A stretch of DNA of 64,000 nt from Callorhinchus milii (lineage: Eukaryota), in contig NW_024704742.1 in assembly GCF_018977255.1 (NCBI RefSeq), positions 132,744,001 through 132,808,000 on the forward strand, read 5' to 3'. The translations under genes were made by a program, and so were the position numbers. The notes under the pieces are model-generated. The model had not been told where the DNA came from. It made no database searches and saw nothing but the letters and a program-made list of their open reading frames with translations. Shown here one piece after another: positions 10,813-23,439 of the stretch (positions are counted from its first letter, which is position 1; each line of letters starts with the position of its first letter).

Positions 10813-13232
10813 ATAAAATTATAGAATCATAGAATTATTCAGCACAGAAGGAGGCCATTTAGCCCATTGTAAATGTGCCAGCTCGTACAGAGCTATCCAA
10901 ATCAATCCAACTGTCCCGCACTCTCCCCATAGCTCTGCAAACTTGTTCTCTCCAAATAGTTATCTACTTCGCTCTTAAAAGTTGTTATCGAATCGGCTTC
11001 CATCACCCTTTCAGGCAATGCATTCCAGATCTCAACAACTCACTGTGTGAAACAATTTCTCCTCACCTCGGTTTCTTTTAACAACTATTTTAAATCAGTT
11101 TCCTCGGGTTACCGACCCACCAGTGGAAATAGTTACTCCTTGTTCACCCTAACAAATCCCCTCATAATTTTGAAAAAGTCTACTAAGTCTACTGTTAACC
11201 TTCTCTGCTCCAAGGAAAATAATCCTAGCGTCTCTAGCCTCTCCTGATAACTGACGTCCCTCATTGCTGATACCATCCTGGTAAATCTCCTTTGCACCCT
11301 CTCCAATGCCTTGACATCCTTCCTAAAGTGTGGTGCCCAGAACTGAACACAGTACTCTAGCTGAAGTCTAACCAATGAGTTATAAAGGTTCATCATAACC
11401 CCCTGACTTTTGTATTCTATGCCTCAATTTATAAGGCCTAGTATCCAACATGCTTTACAAACAGCTTTATGTACCTGTCCTGCCACCTTCAAAGATTTCC
11501 TTATATGAACCTCCAGGTCTCTCTGTTCCTTCACCCCTTTTAAGATTCTACCATCAGCTTATATTGCCTCTCCTCATTCTTCCTCCCAAAGTGCATCACT
11601 TCGCATTTATACACATTAAACTTCATCTGTGGAGTCCTGTAGCTCAGTGGTTAGAGCACTCGCTTTGCAAGCGAGAGACCTGGGTTCAATTCCAGGCAGG
11701 GCGAAACCTTGGGCAAGTTTCCTTACTCCACACGCCTAATAATAATCCCTCTAAAAAAAACAAAAACAATAATAAATTGGTCATTTTCAATCCACGACTG
11801 TTTGTGGGACATTGCTGTGCGCAATTGGCTGCCACGTTCGCCCACAAATATACAGTTAATTCACTTTACAGTGTGTTCTGTGAAGCGCTTTGGGACGTCC
11901 TCCCGACGTGAAAAACGCTATATCAAATGCAAGGATTATTATTATATTATTATCTGCCACGTGTCTGCCCATTTTACCAGTCCTCTTGCAGTCTACTACT
12001 ATTCTCCTCCTTCTACTTAACCTAACTTAGTATCATTTGCAAACTTGGAAATTGTGCTCCCTATACCCAAGTCCAGGTCATTTATATAGATTAAAAAAAC
12101 AGCAGTGGTCCCAATACCGACTCTTGTGGGACACCACTGCACACTTCCCTCCATTGAGAACAACAATAGTTCACCGCCTCTCTCTTCTTTTTGTCTCCCA
12201 GCCAGTACTAACCATGCTGCCACTGTCCCTTTAATACCGTGGGCTTCTATTTTGCTTACAAGTCTCTTTTGTGGTACTTTATCAAACACCCTTTGAAAAT
12301 CCATATAAACGACACCAACTGCACTACCTTCATCCACCCTCTCCGTTACTTCAGCAAAATACTCTATCAGGTTTGTTAGACATGATTTGCCTTTAACAAA
12401 TCCGTGTTGGCTGTCCTTTATTAACCCATATTTTTCTAAGTGAAAATTAATTTTGTCCCGAATTAGTCTCTAGAAGTTTCCCCACCACTGACGTTGGGTT
12501 AACCGGCCTGTAGTTCCCAGGTTTATCCTTCTGCCCCTTTTTGTACAGGGGAGTAACATTTGCAAACCTCCAGTCCTCTGGCATCACCGAGCAGGATTGA
12601 AAGATTGTGGCCAGAGCCTCCGTTATTTCCACCCTTACTTCCCTCAGTAATCTAGAAATCATCGCATCCGGACCGGGTGATTTATCTACCTTGAGCACTG
12701 ACAACCTATTTAGTACCTCCTTTCGGTTTATTCTTATCCTATCCAATTTGTCTACCCTCTCCTCCGACACTGCGGCATTGGCTGCATCCTCTTCTTTTGT
12801 GATGACAGATGCAAAGTTCTCATTCAGTACGTCAGCCATGCCCTCTGCCTCCACAAGAAGATTTCCTATTTGTCCCTAATTGGACCCACCCTACTTTTGA
12901 CTAACCTTTTATTCTTTATATGCTATAAAATACCTTCAGATTCCCTTTTATGTTACCCGCTAATGTTTTCTGATACAATCTCTTTGCCCCTCTTATTTCC
13001 TTTTTCAGTTCTCCTCTGTACTTTCTATAGGCTATTTGATTATTTTCTGTATTTTTACCTGACATTTATCATAAGCTTCCTTTTTCTGTTGTATTTTAAT
13101 CCCAATTTCCTTATTCATCCAGGGGGGTTTGGATGCTCTACCATTCCCCTTTGTGGGAACGTTATTGTTCTGTTCCCGGACTATCTTCTCCTTGAAGGCT
13201 TCCCATTGCCGGTTAGCTGTTTTACCTGCCGT
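10813..13232 (-). mobile_element. CR1-clade LINE, 5'-truncated (~2.1 kb plus a nested SINE), decayed ORF2 reverse transcriptase
   Basis: Frameshifted RT motifs KSPGPD, PEDWRFANVTPLYKKG, PGNYRPV, YMDFQRVFDKVP, IYINDLD, SKFANDTKLG, LVRLQLEYCVQFWAP, LFSLEQRRL. The 3' tail is ATTCTATGATTCTAT, and a TATTC target duplication lies at 10808-10812 / 13233-13237. Confidence 0.95.
11630..11951 (+). mobile_element. SINE family A (young short form), nested in CR1
   Basis: tRNA-Ala-like head (CTCGC-TTTGCAA-GCGAG anticodon arm); TSD ATCTG at 11625-11629 / 11952-11956. Confidence 0.93.
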
Positions 13233-14389
13233 TATTCTGTGAAGCGCCTTGAGATGTCTCAATGACATTATAAGGCACTATATCAAATGCAAGGATTATT
13301 ACTATTATTATTAGATGTCCTCCTGAAGTGAAGGATGCTATATCAAAGGCAAGGATTATTTTTTTTCATGAAACCCAGAGACAAAACTGCTACCAGCTGA
13401 GCCAGGCTGTCACCTCTGTGTGCCATCTACATCTAAACATTACCCCAAGCACCGCAAAGCTGAGTGTTACAGAACCCCACACCGCTGGGCACTGCTCCAG
13501 GAGGTGACATTTTCCTTATTAATTACATTATCCTCAATTATTGAGAGTGGCACCAGGCAGGTTTCACACTAAAGGTCGGTGCTGAATCTTTCTGGGCTGC
13601 AGATGAAAGCTCCATTCTCTCACCTGCAGTGATTAACCTTCGGAACAAAGCATTTGACAATTTAAAATGAACGAGTGCAAAGCCCCAGATTAACGAGCTG
13701 AAGAGCCTGGGCCTTACAATGCACAGCAATCTTTCCCCTCTTACTCGAACGAAAAAGAGCTGGAACAAAAGGCAGGGCAGCGAAATCAGTAGCTTGAAAA
13801 GTGGCTCTGGCCAACATTACTCAAAACTACAAAGCATCCTGATGGGACGTTTTGTCTTGCTGCAGTCTAACAGATTAAAATTGTCATCCTTTTGGGAGTG
13901 AGTATGCGTGAAGTGTTAGGGGAATGGGGAGCGAATTATCTATCTGGGTTTTAACAAAAGCTCGAAAAGTAGATAAGAGCAAAGTAACTGCAACTTCAAT
14001 ATACATCTTTATATAAAAAAGTGTTTTTTTTATTTTAAATTTACTGAGCGCTTTTGTCCGGTTGTAAAATATACCGTGTGTCCGAGCGCGTTTCTTGCCT
14101 CTTAAAACGAGAGATTTATCTGTTTTCAATACTCCTCCTAATGGGTTTTACCTGAAATTCATTGACAATAAACACAGCCCCGACTACCGAGCGATGTACC
14201 TTTTGTCAGCAGAAGCAGGTGTGGACGGGTCATGCATCATCCTTGCAGAGAGTGATCGCGGGTAGCGATGAAACGCTCGCCTCAGCAAAAATAGGTGTCT
14301 ACCTGGCTCGGTCAGTAGTGCTCTCGCCTCATAATAATAATAATAACCCTTGTATTTGATAGAGAGCCTTGTCACATCTTTGCCTGTCT

Positions 14390-14702
14390 GCTCCCTCCAC
14401 TTAGTAGACACCAGCCTGGTTCAGGTCCAGTGGCAGTTGGGCATTCAGCATCTCTGCCCCCACACTATGGAACTCTATCCCGCAATCTCTCCGCCTCAAC
14501 CCCTCTCTTGCCTCCTTCAAGTCCCATCTAAAGACCTTCCTCTTCGAACGTGTCTGCAACCACCCCCAAACCCACACCCTCCGCCCTCTCTCCCTCCTGA
14601 CCCCAACTCCCACCTTGGGTTCAAACCCCTCGATTATCCAGCGCTCAGGGATGTCTTTCTGACAAGACGGGCACTATACAAGTGTAATTTGTTGTTGTTT
14701 TT
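14390..14702 (+). mobile_element. L2 LINE 3' fragment
   Basis: GGGCATTCAGCATCTCTGCCCCCACACTATGGAACTC…CTAAAGACCTTCCTCTTCG…(TTG)n; near-paralog of 40440-40700. Confidence 0.82.
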
Positions 14703-15642
14703 GTCTCAATGCGCTTCACAGAATATATTGTAAATTACCTGTGGATTACCTGTGTATTTTGTGGGCAAAATGTGGCAGTCTATTGTGCACAGCAGTGTCC
14801 CACAAATAATCGTGGATTGAGTGACCAAATTATTATTATTTTATTACCCACAGAAAAGCGATCTGCAAACCAACTAACCACTGGTTACTGGGTAAACAGA
14901 AGCGTGTGGAGTAAGCAAACTTGCCTGAGGTTTCGCCCTCTTGGGATATAAAACATTCACTTCACAGTTGTTTTGGGGGTTGGGAGGGGGGGGGCGGGGG
15001 CAGCGGATTGTGTGGGCAAATTAGCTGCTCATTCATCCACAAAATATAGTCACTGAGCTTTACACTACAGTAGGTCGGTCAGTCTGTCCAACTGATTGAC
15101 TCGAACCTCTCTCCAGCTACAAGGTGCTGAGTGAAGTGTGCCTCAATTCTGATAAGCGATTCTGAAAATCGAATGTTCTTGCTGTTAATCCAATTTAGAT
15201 CCTCCGACAGGGATGAACTGCTTTATACAATGATCAGAGCAGCAGCTTTTCACTGTCAGTATCCCCTGCAGAACAGTTCCATTCACTGAACTCCAGTGAA
15301 TGTTGACTGCTGCTGAGGGTTGTAAAGTCAAACCAGTAAACAAACATAATGTCCTGACATTACAAAGGAACACGCTGTTTACCAACCAAACGCTCCTAAC
15401 CCTGGTTATAGTTCGCACATCCACACTAACACCACCTTTCATTGCTTTTCCTCACCACAACCTGTTCTGTTGCATCATCCTCCCTGCTTGTTGCAATATG
15501 TCCCCTTTTCTGTAAGTCAGTGGGTGTTTCAAGAGGGTGGGGTGGATGTAAGTAGGGTCTTCAGGAGCTGAGCTGGCACCAAGCTGACGGGCTTGGTAAC
15601 AGAATGACAGAATCAAGCCAACCCTCTGTGGTGGTCTCGTTA

Positions 15643-15960
15643 AATAATAATAATCCTTGCATTTGATATAGCGCATTTCACGTCCGGAGGACGTCCCAAA
15701 GCGCTTCACAGAATATACTGTAAAGTGAATTGACTGTATATTTGTGCGCGAACGCGGCAGCCAATTGCGCACAGCAATGTCCCACAAACAGTCGTGGATT
15801 GAAAATGACCAATTTATTATTGTTTTTGGTTTTGGAGGGATTATTATTAGGCTCTGTGTGGAGTAAGGAAACTGCCCAAGGTTTCGCCCTCTGCCTGGAA
15901 TTGAACTCAGTCTCTCGCTTGCAAAGCGAGTGCTCTAACCAGTGAGCTACAGGACTCCAC
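15643..15960 (-). mobile_element. SINE family A (young short form), nested in unclassified repeat family C
   Basis: Near-identical to the 9093 and 20152 copies; the empty site is visible in the paralogous repeat at ~46998-47010. Confidence 0.92.
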
Positions 15961-18695
15961 TAGTCTGGTTCCTGAACCAGGCTGGTCTTCAGTATTCCAG
16001 GGCACTGCTGATGACAGCACAGCCAGCCTGACTCATCAGCACAACTTAGCACAGATCAGTCACTGGGAACAGGGATTCTTCCCACTCAGGGCTTGCTAAC
16101 CCTGGAAGTCAAAGCCCTAATAGGTAGGGGTGGCCCTAATTGGAAAAACAGTGCACTCAATGACATTATAATAATAATCTTTAACATCCACCTGAGCAGA
16201 CAAACAGCACCTCATTTGAACGTCTCATCAAAGAACATCAACCCAGGACTGAATTGGAGTATTGCCCTGGACTATGAGTTCAAAGACCCGAGCTGGGGAC
16301 ATGAATCCACACCCTTCTGACTCAGAGGCCAGAGCGCTACAACTGAGCCAGGCTGATTTGGAAATACAACAATCAGCGTGCGCCTAAAACAGAACGTTAA
16401 CACAGAGCACATGTCTTCTGTTAAAGGTCGGGAAACAATGATGCTCCAATGACAGCACTAGCTGACTAACCTTCTCCCTGTCAGGTTGGTGGTGTGGGAA
16501 GGTAACATATATAATAATAATGATAATGATCCTTACATTTGATATAGCGCCTTATCACTTCTTCAAGACACCTCAAAGCGCTTCACAGAATATACTGTAA
16601 AGTGAATTGACTGTATATTTTGCGGAATAAACGCGACAGCCAATTGCACACAGCAGTGTTCCACAAACAGCCATGGATTTAGTGACCCAATTATTTTTTT
16701 TCAAGGGATTATTACCCCCGGAAAAGTAATCCTACTTATTGCTAGATAAACAGAGGCATGGTTGCATGAAGAAACTTGCTCAACTTTTCGTCCTGCTGGG
16801 AATCAAATCCAATCGCTTGTGTGGCGAGTGGTTTTAGTTCTTGCCAACCTGAAACAAATACTCTCTGGAAACAGATAAGCAGGGTGCATCCTTCCAGGGA
16901 GAGAGTACGCATTCCATTATAATAAAATAATAATAATCCTTGCATTTGATCCAGAACCTGATCTCAGAGTAAGAAACACAGTTTAGTGGCACTGCATAAA
17001 TGTATAAACATGCGTGAAAAATTAAGCATAGTTAATGGCTGCAGTTAATGTCTCTGAAAGTTAACCTAATTTCATTAGTGCTGACAGCAGCCGCATCAGT
17101 TAATTTTGTTGATCGTTTATAAGTCTGTGAAAGATATATCTCCTCGCACAGACAAAGGGACGAACTGCAGAGGCAATTTTTTGTGCGTTTTAGGAACTTA
17201 CAATGGAACGATGAGTGAAACACGCCAAAGGTTGTGTCTTTGGAAGTCGTTGTGAAATGGTTTATTGTGCTGGCGTTTCGGGCAATTATAAGGAAACAAA
17301 ACCGGGTTAATTCAAAGGAAAAATGCTGATCTTGACGGAAGCTGTAATCAATTTATACTAATAGCCAGCAGAAACCTATTAATCACAAGCTATTCTTTGC
17401 CTGCTAATGTGATCTCTGTGTCTCCTCACTCCGTCTAACACAACGTGGACTTTCTCTTTGGAAAGAAAAACTCGTCTCCCAAACTTCAAAAAGTTATCCG
17501 AAGAGAAAGACGATTTAATAGCCGAGTCTCACTTGCCAGGAATCTATCTGCTCGGCCTACATTTAACACCCTGAAGCCTGTGTGACAAATCATTGCCATT
17601 TGCGATGGCTATGATTAATGAGCGCTCTGGTCAGAGGGCACAGTAAAGGTCACTGACCCCTTCAGTGAGCGCTGTCTAATGGGATTCGGAATCATACAAC
17701 AGAAATTCACTTTTAAGCTGTACGCAGCTGGACGCTTCAATGACACATTGATCTCAGTCCTGATGTGACACATAATTATTCAGTGTAATTTCTACCAAGT
17801 AACGCCCACTTTAATTGTAAATACATTATTGAGCACCTTCATTGCTGGAGCCCACTGAGATTTCATTACACTTTTCTGTGCCTCTTTTGAAATCTTTTAC
17901 TAAAGAGAGTCATCTATTTGAATTGAAAGGTCCATTTCACATAGAGTTTGCCAAAGGGATGCTTCCAAAGTGCTTTGTAAATAGAGTCACAATAATCATC
18001 ATCATCATAATAATGCTGGCATTTGACATAGCCTTTTTCACAGAGGGAGGACATCTAGTAATAAATAATAATAATCCTTGCGTTTGGTTTAGCGCTTTTC
18101 ACATCTTCTAGACGTCTCAAAGCGCTTCACAGAGTATACTGTAAAATGAATTGGATGTGGTATATTTATGGGCGGAATAGCGCTTCACAGAATTTAATAA
18201 TAATCCTTGCATTTGACACACTTGCAATTCAGAAGGACGTCCCAAAGCACTTCACAGGATTTCACACACGCTTCACACACTTTACTGTGAAGTGTAGTGA
18301 CTGTGTATGTTGAGGGCAACCATGGCAGCCCATTTGCGCATAGCAATGTCCCATAAACAGCTAAGAAACGAATGACTAACTTTATGTGGGGTAATTGTTG
18401 GCCAGGACTCCGGGAGGAACTCCCTTCTCTTTTCGAATAGCACTTTGGGATCTCTTTACGTCCATCTGAATGGAAAGATGGGACCTCGGTTTAATGTCTC
18501 ATCCGAAAGGTGACATCTACGACAACACAGCACATCCGCAGCACTGCATTGGAATGTCATCTTAAACTATGTGCAGGTAGCAGCCAATTAATTGGTCTAC
18601 CAGTGCTTTCCTAAACAAATTGGTTCAATAGATTTACACAGAACAATACAGCACAGACACAAGGGCTCCTCCCTCCCCATGAGATCCTCAGGCCC

Positions 18696-19040
18696 AACAA
18701 CAACAAATTATATTTGTACAGCACCTTTCAGGTTGGGAGGACATCTCAAGGCACTGGATAGTTAGGGATTTGGATCAGGAGGGGTGGAGGGTAGGGGTAG
18801 GAAGATGCGGTCGAAGATGAGGGTCTTGAGACAGGCCTTGAAGGAAGCAAGGGAGGGGGCGAGGCGAAGGGACTGTGGGATGGAGTTTCAAAAGGTGTGG
18901 GCAGAGAGGCTGAAGTGCGGGGGGCATGGAGTAGGCTGGAGCAGAAGAAGTGGAAAGGTCGATATGGAGTGAGCAGATCACAGCGGTAGGGAGGAGCAAG
19001 ACCTTGGAGGGCTTTGAAGGCAAGGACGAGAATTTTGAAG
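18696..19040 (-). mobile_element. L2 LINE 3' fragment
   Basis: (CAA)n tail; GGTCGAAGATGAGGGTCTTGAG; CCTTGGAGGGCTTTGAAGG (FKPSK/FKAL-type segment). Confidence 0.8.
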
Positions 19041-19344
19041 TGTCACCTGGAAATGTGACCACCTTGGGAATCCAGGTCATTTATGTATTAAAGACATGCC
19101 ACAAACAGAAATGTGCTCAGTATTCTACATGTGGCTTCACCACTAATCCATATCAACTTCTTTCAGTTTATAAACAAATGCCTTTGAGATTCTTTTACAG
19201 TATTGATTACCTTTTGTGGGCAACATTTTAACACTGGTTGGAAACATTCAGTGAATGATCAATGATCATATGGAAAATCCTTCCCTTATTTTCTGAAAGA
19301 TATCTCCCTTTATCATTGGGTAGTTGTTTAATTCTGCCCCCCCC

Positions 19345-19580
19345 CCACCTTGGTGGCCGCACTTTTAGCCAATATGCTTCAAAATTCTGGAACACTCTTC
19401 CCCTATCTCTGCGCCTCGCCCCATCCTTTCCCATCTTCAGATCGTGCCTGAAGACCTTCCTAGTCGACCCTGCCTATGGTCACCTCCCACTCCCTGTGGC
19501 TCGGTTCTTGCTCCGCCACTGTCCGATGCTCTGGGGGACTACCCTACATGAGGGGCGCTATATAAATGCAAGTTGTTGTT
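19345..19580 (+). mobile_element. L2 LINE 3' fragment
   Basis: GGRTFSQYASKFWNTLPLSLRLAPSFPIFRSCLKTFL; GGCGCTATATAAATGCAAG(TTG)n. Confidence 0.8.
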
Positions 19581-20151
19581 GGGACATGATGCGGTTGTTC
19601 TGACCTTTACACATGCAAACTATGGAACTTTCTTGCTTTCCTATGTTCCATAAAGATAGAGACAAAGAAAGTTAGAGACGCCAAGCTCCATGTGATATAT
19701 TAATTCTGTACTTTAGTATGGCTGACAGCATTTTGGAACTTATAATGAATAATAATAATAATGCTTGATTTGATATAGCTCCTTTTCACGTCTTCTAGAC
19801 GTCTCCAAGTGCTTCACAGAATATACTGTAAATTGAATTGACTGTATGTTTTATGGGTGAAATAATACAGTAATAATAACCCCTTGTGTTTGATAGAGTG
19901 GCTTATCACATCATTGAAATGCTTCACATGGTTTACTGTAAAAGTGTAAGTGACTGGGTCTTTCATAGACAGATGTGGCAGCCATTTTTGTACAGTAATG
20001 ATCCACAAACAGCCTTGAAGTGAATGACCAATTTTATTTGGAGGATTATTAGCCAGGACACTGCGAGAAATTTCCTTCACTTTTCAAATAGTGACATGAG
20101 ATCTTTAATGTCCACCTGAACAGACAAACAAACATACCTCTCCCCCATCCT

Positions 20152-20474
20152 GTGGAGTCCTGTAGCTCAGTGGTTGGAGCACTCGCTTTGCAAGCGAGAG
20201 ACCTGGGTTCAATTCCAGGCAGAGCGAAACCTTGGGCAAGTTTCCTTACTCCACACAGAGCCTAATAATAATCCCTCCAAAACAAAACAATAATAAATTG
20301 GTCATTTTCAATCCACGACTGTTTGTGGGACATTGCTGTGTGCAATTGGCTGCCGCGTTTCTCCCACAAATATACAGTCAATTCACTTTACAGTATATTC
20401 TGTGAAGCACTTTGAGACGTTTAGAAGACATGAAAAGCGCTATATCAAATGCAAGGATTATTATTATTATTATT
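20152..20474 (+). mobile_element. SINE family A (young short form)
   Basis: Full head to (ATT)n tail; TSD ATCCT at 20147-20151 / 20475-20479. Confidence 0.93.
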
Positions 20475-21184
20475 ATCCTCCACCCCAGCACTCCATTGGA
20501 GTTTCAAGACCTAACCTGGAGGTTTGAACCCAAACTATCTGACTCAGAGGTGAAAATGCTACCAACTGAGCTAATTGATGCATAACTTTAAGCATTTCAG
20601 AACTCCCTCCTGACATGAAAGTTGCTATATAAATGTAAATCTGTAGTGTCAGCGGCACTACCTGTAACTCAGTAAGCAAGCAATTTCAGATGGACCATCT
20701 TCACTAACTGTGAGCAAACATCCACATGATGGAGGGGTTGGGGGGAGATGCCTCAAGGACATGAAAAGGTGCTATATCAAATGAGGATTATTATTAATAA
20801 GATAGAGAAGTCCATAAACTGTAGGAAAACAAGAAATCTGTGGATTAGCCTTGATTCCCTGCAATTCAATAGGTCAACTTTGGACAGGAGTCAGGTATTA
20901 AGGGGTATGGGAAATAATAATAAAAATAATAATCCTTGCATTTGATATAGAGGCTTATCAAGCCTTCGGGACGTCTCAAAGCGCTTCACAGAATACACTG
21001 TAAAATGAATTGATTGTATATTTAGTGGGGCCAATTGTGTGTATCTAACAGGACACTGTGATTGAAGGATCTGACAAAATCTAATAAACTGGTGAAAAGG
21101 GCTCTATGGCTGCTTGTCCCTGTCTTCTTACGATTGCTTTCAGTCAGCCCGCATTACATTCCCTTTCTTTCCCTCGCTGACTGT

Positions 21185-21440
21185 TCTACCCATCAGCTCC
21201 ATGTTTTGGACTCGGCAACAAGCGGGAAAAGACCATCAATGTCCACGTTATCAAATCTTTTCATCATTTTAAACCCCTTTATCAGTTCTCCACTCAATCG
21301 TCTCATCTCCAGAGAGCAAAGCTCCAACCTGTCCAATCTTTCTTGACAGATGGATGCACCGATCCGTGTAACATCCATGTAAATTTGCTCCGCACTCTCT
21401 CCAATGTTGCAATATCTTTTCCTGTAGTACAGAGACCAGA
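21185..21440 (-). mobile_element. CR1 LINE fragment (old)
   Basis: QERLDRLELCSLEMRRLSGELIKGFKMMKRFD, an ORF2 C-terminal motif. Confidence 0.75.
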
Positions 21441-22679
21441 CCCATCCTTTCTAACTCTATGTGCCTTTATCCTATCTGTCTATCATTACTCCGGAATCTT
21501 CTGTAATCCCCAAATGGTATTAGCTTTTACTCAGAGATCTCAGAGGAGGTGGAAACACTCTGTGTAGGTCACAGAGTAGATAAGGACCACTGGCAGTAAT
21601 TACTGCTATTTGAACTCACGCAACACAATCCTGACTTCCATCCCATAGCAGAACTCGGCTTGGTGGCAACATGGTGATCAATATTAATAATGGTAAGAAA
21701 ACAAATTCCCACCAGCTGGCTGAGTAAAGCTATATAAAATAAATGTTCCACATTGTGAGAATTACACCGGGGATAACTCTCGCAATCATACAGTGCATCA
21801 CCCACCCCCACTATTGTTCTTTGAATTTGTTTATTCAGATTAGCTGCCAGGTTGGCCTGCAGAACAAAAACTCACTCTCATTAAAAATCAGCTTTGTTGT
21901 CGTAATGATAATAATAAACACTGTATTTGGTAAAACGTCTTTCATTTTGGGAAGGAGCTGCACAAGATGTGTCATATTGCTCTCATCTGCTTCTCTAAGA
22001 CCTCAGTAGTCTCTTTCTGTTGGACGTTTTATTATTTTATAATAATAATAATCCTCAAATTACGTCGTCGAAACATCTCAAAGCGCTTCACAGAATATAT
22101 TGTAAAGTGGATTGACTGTAATTTTGGGGCAAAATGCGGCAGCCAGTTAGGCACAGTAGTGTCACACAAATAGTCGTGGATTTGAATGAATCCATTTTTT
22201 GGAGGAATTATTACAATGCAATAACGCGAGGTAAGCAGAGGCATGTAGAGTAAGGAAACTTGCCCAAGGTTTTGCCGTACCCAGGAACTGAACTCAGGTC
22301 CTCTCGCTTGCAAGGAGCACCCTAACCACTGCGCTAGTGAACTCCACTTAAAGACCTTTATTATGCAGTAGGCGTTCCTCAACTCTGGAAGTCGCTGTGT
22401 TGCTCCTGATTATTCTACATTGGGTTTCTGAGCCGTTGAGGATGAACCTTTCCCTGACATCTCAGTGCCCACTTTTCAAATGCCTTTAATTGGCTTTCCA
22501 CACAGCTTTGACAGACAGGAAGGAAATCTCCAGGGCACAGACTTGCCCGTCACTTGCGAGCTCACTCCATTCACATCTCGAGCTCCACCACCTTTAATTG
22601 GCTACCGGTTAGTTAGACATTTCTCAGCCTTCACCATCTCTCAGGGGTTCCTGTTTTATTGTGTTTTAAAACAACTCAA

Positions 22680-23040
22680 GCTATACAGTACTCTGGTCAG
22701 GCCTCACCGAGAGTACTGCATATGCAGCTCTGGTCATTGCAATATGATGGGCTGCCCAGGCCACAGAGGCAGTGCACGGGAGTGTGATGGGGATGATCCC
22801 CAGTGTTAGAATAATGCATTTGTGCAATTTGTCCACAAATATACAGTCAATTCACTTTACAGTTTTTCTGTGAAGTGCCTTGAGACGTTTATAAGACGTG
22901 ATTAAGGCACTATCCCAAATGCAAAGATTATTATTAAAAATAAGACAAGCTGGGGGCTCTTCGATCTTGAGAGAAGATGACTCAGAAGGGACCTTACAGA
23001 GGTGGATACAATTTTAAATGGGATTGAAATAGTAAACCCT
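22680..23040 (+). mobile_element. CR1 LINE fragment interrupted by a SINE 3' end
   Basis: LYSTLVRPHREYC…, then CTTGAGAGAAGATGACTCAGAAGGGACCTTACAGAGG after a SINE tail at ~22820-22935. Confidence 0.65.
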
Positions 23041-23385
23041 TAGTTTGCAGCAAGACAGTAGAACAAGAGGACCCAGGCTGAGTAGGAAAAATTCCTGCTC
23101 ACTGCCCCTCCATATCTGCTGATGAGTCAGTTCTGGCCGTGCTGTAGTCGTTCCCTGGAATACTGCAAACCCACCTGGCTCAGGAACCGAACTACCAAGA
23201 CCGCCAGAGATGGTTGACTCAGACTCAAACATTCAGTTGCCAAGCACATCATCTTGCAGCCGGCTCAGTTTAATCAGATCCTCTACCTGCTTAGCTCACA
23301 TTCCTCAACCATTTTCAAGCCTACGAGTACACACATTTGTGCTTCTAAGCCCTGCCTCATCGAGACTGGGCACTGCCAACAAGAC

Positions 23386-23418
<33 letters not shown>

Positions 23419-23439
23419 TAATAATAATAATAATAATAA
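23386..23439. repeat. (AAT)n microsatellite, an expanded SINE tail
   Basis: About 18 units, adjoining CGTGGCATTTGGTAGGGCTTTATCAC, a SINE 3' end on minus. Confidence 0.95.

Larger units (their letters stand above)
10516..13312 (+). mobile_element. SINE family A (older form) split by the CR1 insertion: 10516-10812 and 13233-13312
   Basis: The 5' part ends …CAGTATATTC and the 3' part resumes TATTCTGTGAAGCGCCTTGAG…GCAAGGATTATT. Confidence 0.88.
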
